DNA of 64,000 nt from NCBI GenBank assembly GCA_964548415.1, contig CAZJQG010000007.1, forward strand, positions 3,385 to 67,384, given 5' to 3'. The translations under genes were made by a program, and so were the position numbers. Shown in pieces: positions 20,189 to 28,020 of the stretch. Below the pieces are notes generated by a model, which was not told the DNA's origin, did not search any database, and saw only the letters and a list, made by a program, of their open reading frames with translations. The stretch is from an uncultured Dehalococcoidales bacterium (GTDB lineage Bacteria; Chloroflexota; Dehalococcoidia; GIF9; UBA5629). The first letter of the stretch is position 1, and each line of letters begins with the position of its first letter.

Positions 20189-20400
20189 TTTTACCCCATT
20201 GTGGAAAAACTACACCGGATGGTGGATAATTCTTCCATCACTGTTGAAAAGCCCTTAGCTTATAGCTCTTGAACTTCATATTCATAATCTTGACTTTTCA
20301 ACATTAGCGAAGTAGCTTAAACATTATTAATAAATCATCACCATAATCTAAGTTAATATAAATATAGTATAAGGATATTAAAAATAGTGGATAAAGTAGA
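20189..20400. other. candidate oriC (DnaA-box cluster plus AT-rich unwinding region)
   Basis: TGTGGAAAA 20200-20208, GGTGGATAA 20221-20229 and AGTGGATAA 20386-20394 are each one mismatch from TGTGGATAA and share one orientation. The interval 20270-20385 is very AT-rich. Confidence 0.5.
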
Positions 20401-21460
20401 AGTAGTAGTCAGGGGAGGAGATGGTGGAAACGGGGTGGTAAGTTTCAGACATGAAAAGTTTGTGCCTCTTGGTGGACCTGATGGTGGGGATGGAGGCAGT
20501 GGGGGCAGCGTATATATTAAGGCTGACAGGAACGTTGCCGGGTTAGAGGAGTTCAAGAGCCGGAGAAATTTCAAAGCAGAGGCGGGTCGCAATGGAGGCA
20601 AAAAGAAAAAACACGGTTCAAAGGGCGACGACCTTTCAGTTAAAGTACCAATAGGGACCATGGTATTTATAAAGGAAAATGATGAACAAGTAATACTGGC
20701 CGACTTAAAAGATGACGGACAGAAAACTATGGCGGCGAGGGGTGGAAGAGGTGGCCTAGGCAACGTCCATTTCGCCACTGCTAGAAATCAAGCTCCGAAG
20801 CAGGCAACCAGAGGCCAGCCAGGTGAAGAGCACCGGCTAATACTTGACCTGAGAATAATAGCCGACGTGGGAATAATTGGCTACCCTAATGCCGGAAAAT
20901 CTACGTTACTTGCGGTATTGTCCAAAGCCACACCGAAGATAGCCGACTACCCTTTCACCACCGTTGAACCAGCACTGGGAATGGTTGAAACGGGATCAAA
21001 GACGTTTATAATGGCGGAGATTCCCGGGCTTATAGAAGGCGCCCACGAGGGCAGGGGATTGGGACACGAGTTCCTGCGCCATGCTGAAAGGACAAAAATT
21101 CTTCTGAACCTGGTAGATGGTACCGCATCAGACCCCGTAGATAATATGAATAAACTAAACCGGGAGCTGGTACTATATAAACCTGAGATGGAGCAAAAAC
21201 CGCAGATAATAGCCATAAGTAAAGTCGACCGGCCAGAAGTCGCAGCCAGAATAAAGGAAATCGACAGGCTTTATAAATCTCTGGGAAAGAAAGTATTTTT
21301 TATATCGGCGGTTAGCGGACAGGGTTTACCGGAGATGCTGGCGGAGATAACCCGCATGCTGGATGCAGCCAGAGATTTGCTGGTCGGTCGCGAAGTCCCT
21401 GTTGTAGTTTTTCGACCTAAACCGAAGATGAGACGCCCAAAGGAAAGGCGGAGTAAATGA
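20387..21460 (+). CDS. obg: GTPase Obg/CgtA
   Basis: Gly-rich Obg fold (GGDGGNGVVSFRHEKF..GGPDGGDGGSGGSV) and G domain GYPNAGKST, DIPGLIEGA, SKVD. Confidence 0.95.
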   Translation: MDKVEVVVRGGDGGNGVVSFRHEKFVPLGGPDGGDGGSGGSVYIKADRNVAGLEEFKSRRNFKAEAGRNGGKKKKHGSKGDDLSVKVPIGTMVFIKENDEQVILADLKDDGQKTMAARGGRGGLGNVHFATARNQAPKQATRGQPGEEHRLILDLRIIADVGIIGYPNAGKSTLLAVLSKATPKIADYPFTTVEPALGMVETGSKTFIMAEIPGLIEGAHEGRGLGHEFLRHAERTKILLNLVDGTASDPVDNMNKLNRELVLYKPEMEQKPQIIAISKVDRPEVAARIKEIDRLYKSLGKKVFFISAVSGQGLPEMLAEITRMLDAARDLLVGREVPVVVFRPKPKMRRPKERRSK

Positions 21461-22056
21461 ATATAGGAATATTAGGCGGTACTTTTGATCCCATCCATTC
21501 CGGACATCTGGTCATCGCCGAAAAAGCTTTTGAGAAGTTTGGCTTTACGAAGGTGCTTTTTGTCCCGGCAGGCCAGCCGTGGATGAAGGCAGACCAGGAG
21601 ATTACCCCGGCACTGCACCGGGTAGAGATGGTAAAAAGGGCCATTGCCGGAAAAGATAATTTCGAACTTTCTATGGTAGAGATGGATAGACCCGGGCCTT
21701 CTTTAAGCGTAGATACAGTAGATATTCTACGGAAGAAACTTGGCGGTAAAACAGCGCTATTTTTCCTTGTGGGCTGGGATAGCCTTGCCGGGCTGCCTCA
21801 GTGGAAAGAGCCAGGAAGGCTGGTGAAGATGTGCAAACTGGTAGCGATAAACCGGCCTGGATTCAGTAGACCTAATTTGAAAATACTTGAAACCAATATA
21901 CGAGGCGTTATAAAAAGCGTAGTCTGGATGGATATAGAGCCCATAGATATCAGTTCTTCAGACATAAGAAAAAGAGTAGCCGAAGGATTGTCCATAAAAG
22001 GACTGGTCCCGGAAGCAGTAGAACGATACATAAAGGAAAATAATCTGTATCGATAA
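21457..22056 (+). CDS. nadD: nicotinate-nucleotide adenylyltransferase
   Basis: GILGGTFDPIHSGH (HxGH) and the ISSSDIR motif. ATGA overlap with the obg stop. Confidence 0.93.
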   Translation: MNIGILGGTFDPIHSGHLVIAEKAFEKFGFTKVLFVPAGQPWMKADQEITPALHRVEMVKRAIAGKDNFELSMVEMDRPGPSLSVDTVDILRKKLGGKTALFFLVGWDSLAGLPQWKEPGRLVKMCKLVAINRPGFSRPNLKILETNIRGVIKSVVWMDIEPIDISSSDIRKRVAEGLSIKGLVPEAVERYIKENNLYR

Positions 22057-22072
22057 CTGAAATAAGCTGATA

Positions 22073-24061
22073 CTAGATATCGAGGTTTCTAACGCTTTTA
22101 GCGTGGGCTTGAATGAATGATTTACGGGGCGGCACTTCGCTGCCCATCAGCATGCTGAATATCCTGTCAGCTGACATGGCATCATCGATTACCACCCTGA
22201 GCATAGTGCGCGATTCGGGGTTCATCGTCGTATCCCAGAGTTGCTCGGCGCTCATTTCTCCCAGGCCTTTGTACCGCTGGATTTCTACTTTCTTACCTTT
22301 TAGCTCGCTGAGCTTGGTGTCTCTTTCTTTGTCCGAGTAAATCCAGGAAACCTCTTTGCCCGATTGAATCCGGTAAAGCGGTGGCTGGGCGATGAAGACG
22401 TGGCCACGGGAAATTAGTTCAGCCATGTTGCGGAAAAAGAAGGTTAGCAGCAGTGTCCGGATGTGAGAGCCGTCGACATCGGCATCCGTCATAATTATTA
22501 TGCGGTTGTATCGCAGCCGGGAGAAATCGATCTGGTCGCCGATACCGGCGCCCACGGCGGTTACAATTGCCCGTATTTCCTCGTGGTCCAGTATCTTGTC
22601 CTTGGGTGCCTTTTCAACATTCAATATTTTACCGCGCAACGGTAATATGGCCTGGAAGCGGCGGTCTCTACCCTGCTTGGCTGAACCACCGGCCGAGTCG
22701 CCTTCCACCAGGAAGAGCTCACACTGATTTGGATCCGTCTCCGAGCAGCTAGCCAGCTTACCGGGCAGCATACCGGCATCAAAACGGCTGCTCTTAAAAA
22801 TGAGGTCACGCGCTTTTCTAGCTGCCTCCCTGGCCTTAGCCGAAACCAGACATTTATCTATGATGGCCTTGGCGTCGTCGGGATGCTGCTCCAAATAAAC
22901 AGCCAGGCCATCGGCCACGATAGATTCAACCTGCGTCTTTATTTCCGGATTGCCGAGTTTGGCCTTGGTCTGTCCCTCGAACTGAGGCTCAACCAGCTTG
23001 ACGCTGATGACCGATGTCAAACCATCGCGGACGTCATCACCTATGAGGTTGGTATCCGAATCCTTCAATATCTTGTTCTTCCGGGAATAATCATTAAGAA
23101 CCCGGGTAAGCGCAGAGCGGAAACCGGTCAGATGACTGCCGCCGTCTATGGTGTTAACGCAATTAGCAAAGCTCAGAGTGGATTCGGAAAAGCCGTCGTT
23201 GTACTGCAGGGCTACTTCGACAATAGTGCTGTTCATGGTGCCGGAAATGTAGATGGGCTGACGATTTAACACCGTCCGGTTTTTATTAAAACGGCCGACA
23301 AGGCTGGCAATGCCTCCTTCGAAGAAGAAGGTTGCCTCCTGGTCCGTCCTTTCGTCAATAAGGCTTATCTCGAGGTTCTTATTCAAGAAGGCCAGCTCCT
23401 TGAGACGCTGACGGATGGTATTGAAATCGTAATTGATGGTGTTGAAGATTTTGGTGTCAGCGAGGAAAGTAACGGTGAGACCGGTTTCGTCTGTCTCTCC
23501 GATAGCCTCCAGCTTGCACATCGGCGTGCCGCGTTCGTATTTCTGGCGGTAGATTTTACCATCACGGCGGACCTCGGCATTAAGCCAGGCGGAAAGTGCA
23601 TTTACCACGGAAGCGCCCACGCCGTGCAAACCGCTGGAAACGGTATAGGTGCGGCCGCCGAACTTGGCGCCGGCGTGCAGCCGGGTCATCACCGCTTCCA
23701 GCGCTGAGGTCTTGGTTATGGGGTGCTTGTCTACAGGTATGCCGCGGCCATTATCGATGACCGTTACGGAGTTGTCCTTATGAATAATTATCTCGGTCCG
23801 GTCGCAGTAGCCGGCCATGGCCTCGTCTATGCTGTTATAAACTATCTCGTAGACCAGGTGATGGAGGCCGTGCTCGTCAGTGGAGCCGATGTACATGCCG
23901 GGGCGGCGTCTGACCGCCTCCAGGCCGTCCAGAACGCGGATGTCCTCAGCGGTATAGTCGGTATTATTATTGACGTGCTCTTTAATCCGCTTTTTAGACA
24001 GTTTATCTACCGGCTTCTTTGGGGCTTTCGTAGCCTGTTTTCCAATTTGTTTTTTCGGCAT
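22073..24061 (-). CDS. gyrB: DNA gyrase subunit B (with Lys-rich N-terminal extension)
   Basis: LEAVRRRPGMYIG, GHKL ATPase motifs, Toprim LVEGDSAGG and PLRGKILNVE, DADVDGSHI; 662 aa. Confidence 0.96.
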   Translation of the reverse strand: MPKKQIGKQATKAPKKPVDKLSKKRIKEHVNNNTDYTAEDIRVLDGLEAVRRRPGMYIGSTDEHGLHHLVYEIVYNSIDEAMAGYCDRTEIIIHKDNSVTVIDNGRGIPVDKHPITKTSALEAVMTRLHAGAKFGGRTYTVSSGLHGVGASVVNALSAWLNAEVRRDGKIYRQKYERGTPMCKLEAIGETDETGLTVTFLADTKIFNTINYDFNTIRQRLKELAFLNKNLEISLIDERTDQEATFFFEGGIASLVGRFNKNRTVLNRQPIYISGTMNSTIVEVALQYNDGFSESTLSFANCVNTIDGGSHLTGFRSALTRVLNDYSRKNKILKDSDTNLIGDDVRDGLTSVISVKLVEPQFEGQTKAKLGNPEIKTQVESIVADGLAVYLEQHPDDAKAIIDKCLVSAKAREAARKARDLIFKSSRFDAGMLPGKLASCSETDPNQCELFLVEGDSAGGSAKQGRDRRFQAILPLRGKILNVEKAPKDKILDHEEIRAIVTAVGAGIGDQIDFSRLRYNRIIIMTDADVDGSHIRTLLLTFFFRNMAELISRGHVFIAQPPLYRIQSGKEVSWIYSDKERDTKLSELKGKKVEIQRYKGLGEMSAEQLWDTTMNPESRTMLRVVIDDAMSADRIFSMLMGSEVPPRKSFIQAHAKSVRNLDI

Positions 24062-24273
24062 AGCTATAAAAAAACCACCATTATTATTTTATCTGTTATG
24101 GGAAATACTGGACTGGAAATAATGGGGCCGCAGACAACATCAAAATTCTACATTTAGTGCCTGCCCGTCCCATCGTTACAAGGGATTGCATTGAACGTAT
24201 TTTACCATATTTTAAAGAAAAATACGAAAAACAAATTGGCGTTAGCTTATACCCAATAGAGGAGGATTTTAAC

Positions 24274-24558
24274 TCAGTTTGTCTGGTGCCCGCCATCGTG
24301 GACTCTGGCAGTCTCGAGGAGCTTAATAATGCTGGGCCCTTCGGGTGAGGAACAACCGACTTCGAAACTGCTACACACGGTACAGGTAACGCTGAACTTA
24401 TCTATATCGATTATGTTCACGAATCGGTCACACTTCTCCGCACTGCGTTCAAACCAATATTCGAGGATTTCGGAGGTCTGCGGGAAATGTTGCCTGAAGT
24501 TTCTGGAGATAAAGAAAACGAAGTTGAGGTTCTCGGCAAGAGGAAAATATATACGCAA
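24274..24558 (-). CDS. hypothetical small protein (doubtful)
   Basis: 94-codon ORF with a TTG start 2 nt after the stop of the V4R-like gene. No recognisable motif and no clear RBS. Confidence 0.25.
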   Translation of the reverse strand: MRIYFPLAENLNFVFFISRNFRQHFPQTSEILEYWFERSAEKCDRFVNIIDIDKFSVTCTVCSSFEVGCSSPEGPSIIKLLETARVHDGGHQTN

Positions 24559-24559
24559 C

Positions 24560-25153
24560 TTAGCCTCCCGGCTGTAATGAAATCACGAACTCACACAAGC
24601 CGCTATCAGGCATAGCTTTCGGCATCACAACAGAAATGCGGTCACCGGTGTTTACTGCAGCGGTCTCGAAGCTGGCGAGACAAAGACCCTTACACGGCAG
24701 ACCTTTAATACCGGCTTCGGTAAGCGCTTTATGCACGGAACAACCGGAAACCTGAAGAATCAATTCCGTGGGCGTAGCGCGGGTTACGTTCCAGCGATCT
24801 GTCGGCCTGGGACCGAAGATAGACAGCTCTACGTACCTTTCCAGACGGTGTGGAAAAGATATACCTGTCTGCTTATAGACTTTCTCTACCATTTCGCCGG
24901 TACGGTCAAGGTATTTGCCGTCAGCCAGGTTAATAGTGAAATTAATCAACTCCTTGCCAAATTCTTCAAAGGATTTATAAGCTGACTTATCGTCCTTGCC
25001 AAGCAGGCTCCCGACAAGTGTCCTAATATCGAATTTAGCCATGGTCTCCTCAACCAGGCCTTTGTCGGCATCGAAAAGTAGTGCTTTCCCGGGCTCCTCC
25101 AGTGCCATCAACTTTTCTTTGGCTATCTTGCCGAATTTCCAACCCGTGGCCAT
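24560..25153 (-). CDS. V4R-like (4-vinyl reductase / hydrocarbon-binding) domain protein
   Basis: ATG 25153 preceded by GGAGG. The C-terminal part (GCSVHKAL..GLPCKGLCLASFETAAVNTGDRISVVMPKAMPDSGLCEFVISL) resembles the Cys-containing V4R domain pattern, from memory. Confidence 0.5.
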   Translation of the reverse strand: MATGWKFGKIAKEKLMALEEPGKALLFDADKGLVEETMAKFDIRTLVGSLLGKDDKSAYKSFEEFGKELINFTINLADGKYLDRTGEMVEKVYKQTGISFPHRLERYVELSIFGPRPTDRWNVTRATPTELILQVSGCSVHKALTEAGIKGLPCKGLCLASFETAAVNTGDRISVVMPKAMPDSGLCEFVISLQPGG

Positions 25154-25163
25154 TTTACCTCCA

Positions 25164-25400
25164 TTAGAAGCTAACCTGAATGGCGTTGTTGGGACAGCCG
25201 TTGACACAGTCCATACAGCCGCTGCATTTTTCGAAACGAACACCGGCCACCAAAAACTGGCTCCGGTATATTTCTTTGAACTTGCGGGGTCCTACCCGGG
25301 TGCCCAGCCCGAGAACGTGTGTAGGGCATATCAGCAAGCATTTACGACAACTAAGCGGGTCGAGGCATTTTTTGTAGTCTACGGTTATGGTCGGCAGCAT
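25164..25400 (-). CDS. 2 x [4Fe-4S] ferredoxin
   Basis: 78 aa with CRKCLLICP and CSGCMDCVNGCP cluster motifs. Confidence 0.85.
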   Translation of the reverse strand: MLPTITVDYKKCLDPLSCRKCLLICPTHVLGLGTRVGPRKFKEIYRSQFLVAGVRFEKCSGCMDCVNGCPNNAIQVSF

Positions 25401-25423
25401 GTATATTTCCTACATATGGATTC

Positions 25424-26293
25424 TCACCAGACATTGGCCAGGGCTGGCAGGCTGGACCGTTCCACCAGACTAATGGCTTCCTGCGGACATTCGGTAACGC
25501 ACAGGCCGCAGCCGAAGCACTGAAACTGATCGATATAGGCCTTCTCCTGCGTAGCGGAGAAGCTCAAGGCCTTAAACTGGCAGCGATGGATGCAGGAGGC
25601 GCAACCGTTGCACAGGTCGTTATCAACTTTAGCCACGTGGTGTCCCTTCCACAGAAACTGCACACCGAAGTCGATGGTCGTTCTAATGGCGCTGCAGTCA
25701 GGGTAGTCGCAGTTGCAGATGCCCCCAAGGTATGGAGTGCCGAAGGTAAACAATGTCTGGACCAGGCCTCTCTGGTTCATCTTGGTAACGGCGTCTTTGG
25801 CCTCATCCGGTGTAAGAAACTGCAAACCACCGCGGTAGGTATCGGGCCACCTTTCCCATTTATACATGCCAGGCCCCATGCCCATGCAGGTGAAGTTCTC
25901 TTCGTCAGGCAGGCCGAGCATAGAACGACGGCAGGCGCAGGTCATAAGCGCGATGGGATAAATAAAATCGATAACCTTGAGAGTATCTTCCAGTGTGACC
26001 ACCTGGCCGAAGTGGACCCTCCAGGCGAGCTGCTCGATATCATGCCTGTGCTTGGCGATGGCCTCGTGATCCTTGCGATCGAGGGCTTCGATAAAATCCT
26101 GCTTAACCAGCGACATGCCGCCGGCTACGATGGGATTGGGCTCTAAATCCGGGCCCTCGTCCTTTCTTATCTTGTACAGCTTCCGGGCATAATTTGCCGG
26201 GTTGAAGTACCATCTGGAATAGCCCTCGGCGTACTTATCGCACCACTGACACATAGCTCGCGTCCTTTGGTAAAAACTAGAGTATTTTAGCAT
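25424..26293 (-). CDS. cysteine-rich Fe-S protein with C-terminal 2 x [4Fe-4S] domain, function unknown
   Basis: 289 aa. N-terminal CQWC; mid CACRR, ICNCDYPDC; C-terminal CNGCASCIHRC and CFGCGLCVTECP. An alternative ATG at 26254 (MCQWCDKY) follows AAGGA. Confidence 0.7.
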   Translation of the reverse strand: MLKYSSFYQRTRAMCQWCDKYAEGYSRWYFNPANYARKLYKIRKDEGPDLEPNPIVAGGMSLVKQDFIEALDRKDHEAIAKHRHDIEQLAWRVHFGQVVTLEDTLKVIDFIYPIALMTCACRRSMLGLPDEENFTCMGMGPGMYKWERWPDTYRGGLQFLTPDEAKDAVTKMNQRGLVQTLFTFGTPYLGGICNCDYPDCSAIRTTIDFGVQFLWKGHHVAKVDNDLCNGCASCIHRCQFKALSFSATQEKAYIDQFQCFGCGLCVTECPQEAISLVERSSLPALANVW

Positions 26294-26353
26294 ACTCTAA
26301 TCAACAGTAAAACAATTTACTGAATAACGTACTGCCTATCGAATAACCAGATA

Positions 26354-26382
26354 TTGACATTTATAAGTATACATAGTATACT
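26354..26382 (+). promoter_or_regulatory. parA promoter P1
   Basis: TTGACA (26354-26359), 17 bp spacer, TATACT (26377-26382). The -10 lies inside repeat unit 2, and the AGTATAC-ATA-GTATACT inverted repeat lies in the spacer. Confidence 0.6.
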
Positions 26383-26509
26383 GAGATTACAGAGTAAACA
26401 TGGTACACATAGTAAACAAAGTAATTGACGTATACTAAGTAAACATGATATACTGCGTGTACTTAGTAAACTGAGTACACTAAGTAAATGAAGTAAACCA
26501 AGTAAACGA
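26366..26509. repeat. 16 tandem 9-bp units, core AGTAAAC/AGTATAC: candidate centromere-operator array
   Basis: Read in 9-nt steps: agtatacat agtatactg agattacag agtaaacat ggtacacat agtaaacaa agtaattga cgtatacta agtaaacat gatatactg cgtgtactt agtaaactg agtacacta agtaaatga agtaaacca agtaaacga. Confidence 0.9.
26425..26454 (+). promoter_or_regulatory. parA promoter P2
   Basis: TTGACG (26425-26430), 18 bp spacer, TATACT (26449-26454), embedded in repeat units 7-10. Confidence 0.5.
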
Positions 26510-26521
26510 TAAGGAGGTAAT

Positions 26522-27277
26522 TTGCGCATAATATCTTTGACCAATGAGAAAGGCGGCGTAGGAAAAACCACCTGCACTTTAAACCTTGGAGCCGCCCTGG
26601 TTAGCCTCGGTAAAAAGTGCCTTTTATTCGACCTGGACCAGCAAATGGCCCTGACTTACAGCTTCGGTATACCGGCTGACCAGGTAAAAAGTAGCGTATA
26701 TGAAGTCTTACGTGGAGAGGCCAAGCTGCAGACAGCTATGTGGCAGCAGCTAAATACCAATTTGTACATCGTGCCGGGCAGCCCTAAACTAGCCGGATTT
26801 GACGTGGAAATGGCCAACGAGATCGGCAGTCAGGTGCTATTAAAGGAAGTGGTGTCCGGCGTAAATGGCTTCGACTATATACTATTCGACTGTCCGCCAA
26901 GTCTAAGTATGATAGTGGTCAATGCCCTTACAGCAGCCAGGGAGGTTTTTGTGCCCATGCAGGCTGAATTTTTAAGCATGCAGGGCATGGCCAGACTATT
27001 AGAGATCGTGGAACGCGTAAAAAAACGACTTAACAGCAACCTGGAAATAACCGGAATCATCGGCACTATGTACGACCAGAGACGTATTTTGAACAGAGAG
27101 GTTATTGCCAAAGTAGAGGAGCATTTCCCGGGCAAAATTCTGGGTGTAATTCGAGACTGCATAAGCCTGGCGGAAGCGCCATCCAGAGGCTGGGATATTC
27201 TGGCCTATAGACCTTACAGCCTGGGTGCTCAGGATTTCATGGCTCTGGCTCAGAGAGTAATACAGATGGAGGTATAA
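26522..27277 (+). CDS. parA: ParA/Soj-family partition ATPase (short form, no N-terminal HTH)
   Basis: TTG start after AAGGAGG. Deviant Walker A NEKGGVGKTT, Walker B ILFDCPP; 251 aa. Confidence 0.9.
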   Translation: MRIISLTNEKGGVGKTTCTLNLGAALVSLGKKCLLFDLDQQMALTYSFGIPADQVKSSVYEVLRGEAKLQTAMWQQLNTNLYIVPGSPKLAGFDVEMANEIGSQVLLKEVVSGVNGFDYILFDCPPSLSMIVVNALTAAREVFVPMQAEFLSMQGMARLLEIVERVKKRLNSNLEITGIIGTMYDQRRILNREVIAKVEEHFPGKILGVIRDCISLAEAPSRGWDILAYRPYSLGAQDFMALAQRVIQMEV

Positions 27278-27278
27278 T

Positions 27279-27641
27279 ATGGAACGTAGATTAGGCAGAG
27301 ACCCTTTTGCTCAAAGTGGGTTGGATAGGATTTTCTCACCGGTGGTGGAGCAAGCGACTACTCCTACATCTATACCGGAGGCTACTTCAAAGCCGGCAGC
27401 GGTTAAGGCCAAACCACCAGTTAAAACAAGTAGCGCGGTGAAGACCAGGCAAGTGTCATCTGTTATTGATACCTCCACATCGTCTAAAGGATTGCCGCAG
27501 GGCTGGACCAGGGCTACTTTTATCGTTCGTCAGGACCTGGTACACAAGGTAAAAAGAGCCGCTTACTGGGATAGGCGGCAGATTAAAGACCTGGTCAGCG
27601 AAGCCCTGGATGCTTACCTGGCAGGCAAAAAGACAGACTAA
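27279..27641 (+). CDS. small centromere-binding-protein candidate (ParG/omega-like: N-terminal Arg peptide, disordered linker, C-terminal ribbon-helix-helix-like domain)
   Basis: Starts 1 nt after the parA stop. It has RRLGRDPF at the N-terminus, a P/S/T/A/K-rich linker, and C-terminal TRATFIVRQDLVHKVKRAAYWDRRQIKDLVSEALDAYL with a strand-helix-helix pattern. Confidence 0.6.
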   Translation: MERRLGRDPFAQSGLDRIFSPVVEQATTPTSIPEATSKPAAVKAKPPVKTSSAVKTRQVSSVIDTSTSSKGLPQGWTRATFIVRQDLVHKVKRAAYWDRRQIKDLVSEALDAYLAGKKTD

Positions 27642-27643
27642 TT

Positions 27644-27781
27644 ATGAGAATTGATAATAATGAGCCGCACCAGATATACAAGGACTTCTGGGAGTGGCTA
27701 TTATGCGATTGGCACATCGTATTTGTTGTAGCGTTAATAATAGGCTATCCTTACTATCTATTTACTACGATAGAGGTTTAG
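27644..27781 (+). CDS. possible 45-aa single-pass membrane peptide (doubtful)
   Basis: ATG 2 nt after the stop of the RHH-like gene. Sequence MRIDNNEPHQIYKDFWEWLLCDWHIVFVVALIIGYPYYLFTTIEV. No clear RBS, and it is below the ORF-track size cutoff. Confidence 0.2.
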   Translation: MRIDNNEPHQIYKDFWEWLLCDWHIVFVVALIIGYPYYLFTTIEV

Positions 27782-27841
27782 CTTCAATCAATAGAATACC
27801 TGATTAGTTAAGCGCAGTATTCTGCTCAATTGCCCAACGTA

Positions 27842-27870
27842 TTGACTTTGTTGTATACTTGTGTTATATT
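27842..27870 (+). promoter_or_regulatory. candidate promoter of the str/ribosomal supercluster
   Basis: TTGACT (27842-27847), 17 bp spacer, TATATT (27865-27870), followed by a leader of about 145 nt before rpsL. Confidence 0.55.
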
Positions 27871-28020
27871 GCGCATTTGTGTCTACTAGCCATTAGTCTG
27901 GGTCCGAAAAACCTGATTAAGCCGGCTGGTTGAACCGGGCAGAATCCCTTCGGGGAAGAGGCCCGATGGACAACTAGGTGGCTTTTTAATTGTAAGACAT
28001 AAATATATTAAGGAATACGT

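Noticed and set aside
26366-26509. Possible CRISPR array or minisatellite
   Set aside because: The units are 9 bp and contiguous, with no spacers, and no cas genes are nearby. The embedded promoters and the parA context fit an iteron/operator array instead.
26317-26577. 86-aa minus-strand ORF rich in Leu/Ser/Cys (LLSVLSLLSTRSISCLLSIRQLLCLLCV..)
   Set aside because: Its periodic sequence is simply the translation of the 9-bp repeat array. It overlaps the parA start and both promoters, so it is not a gene.
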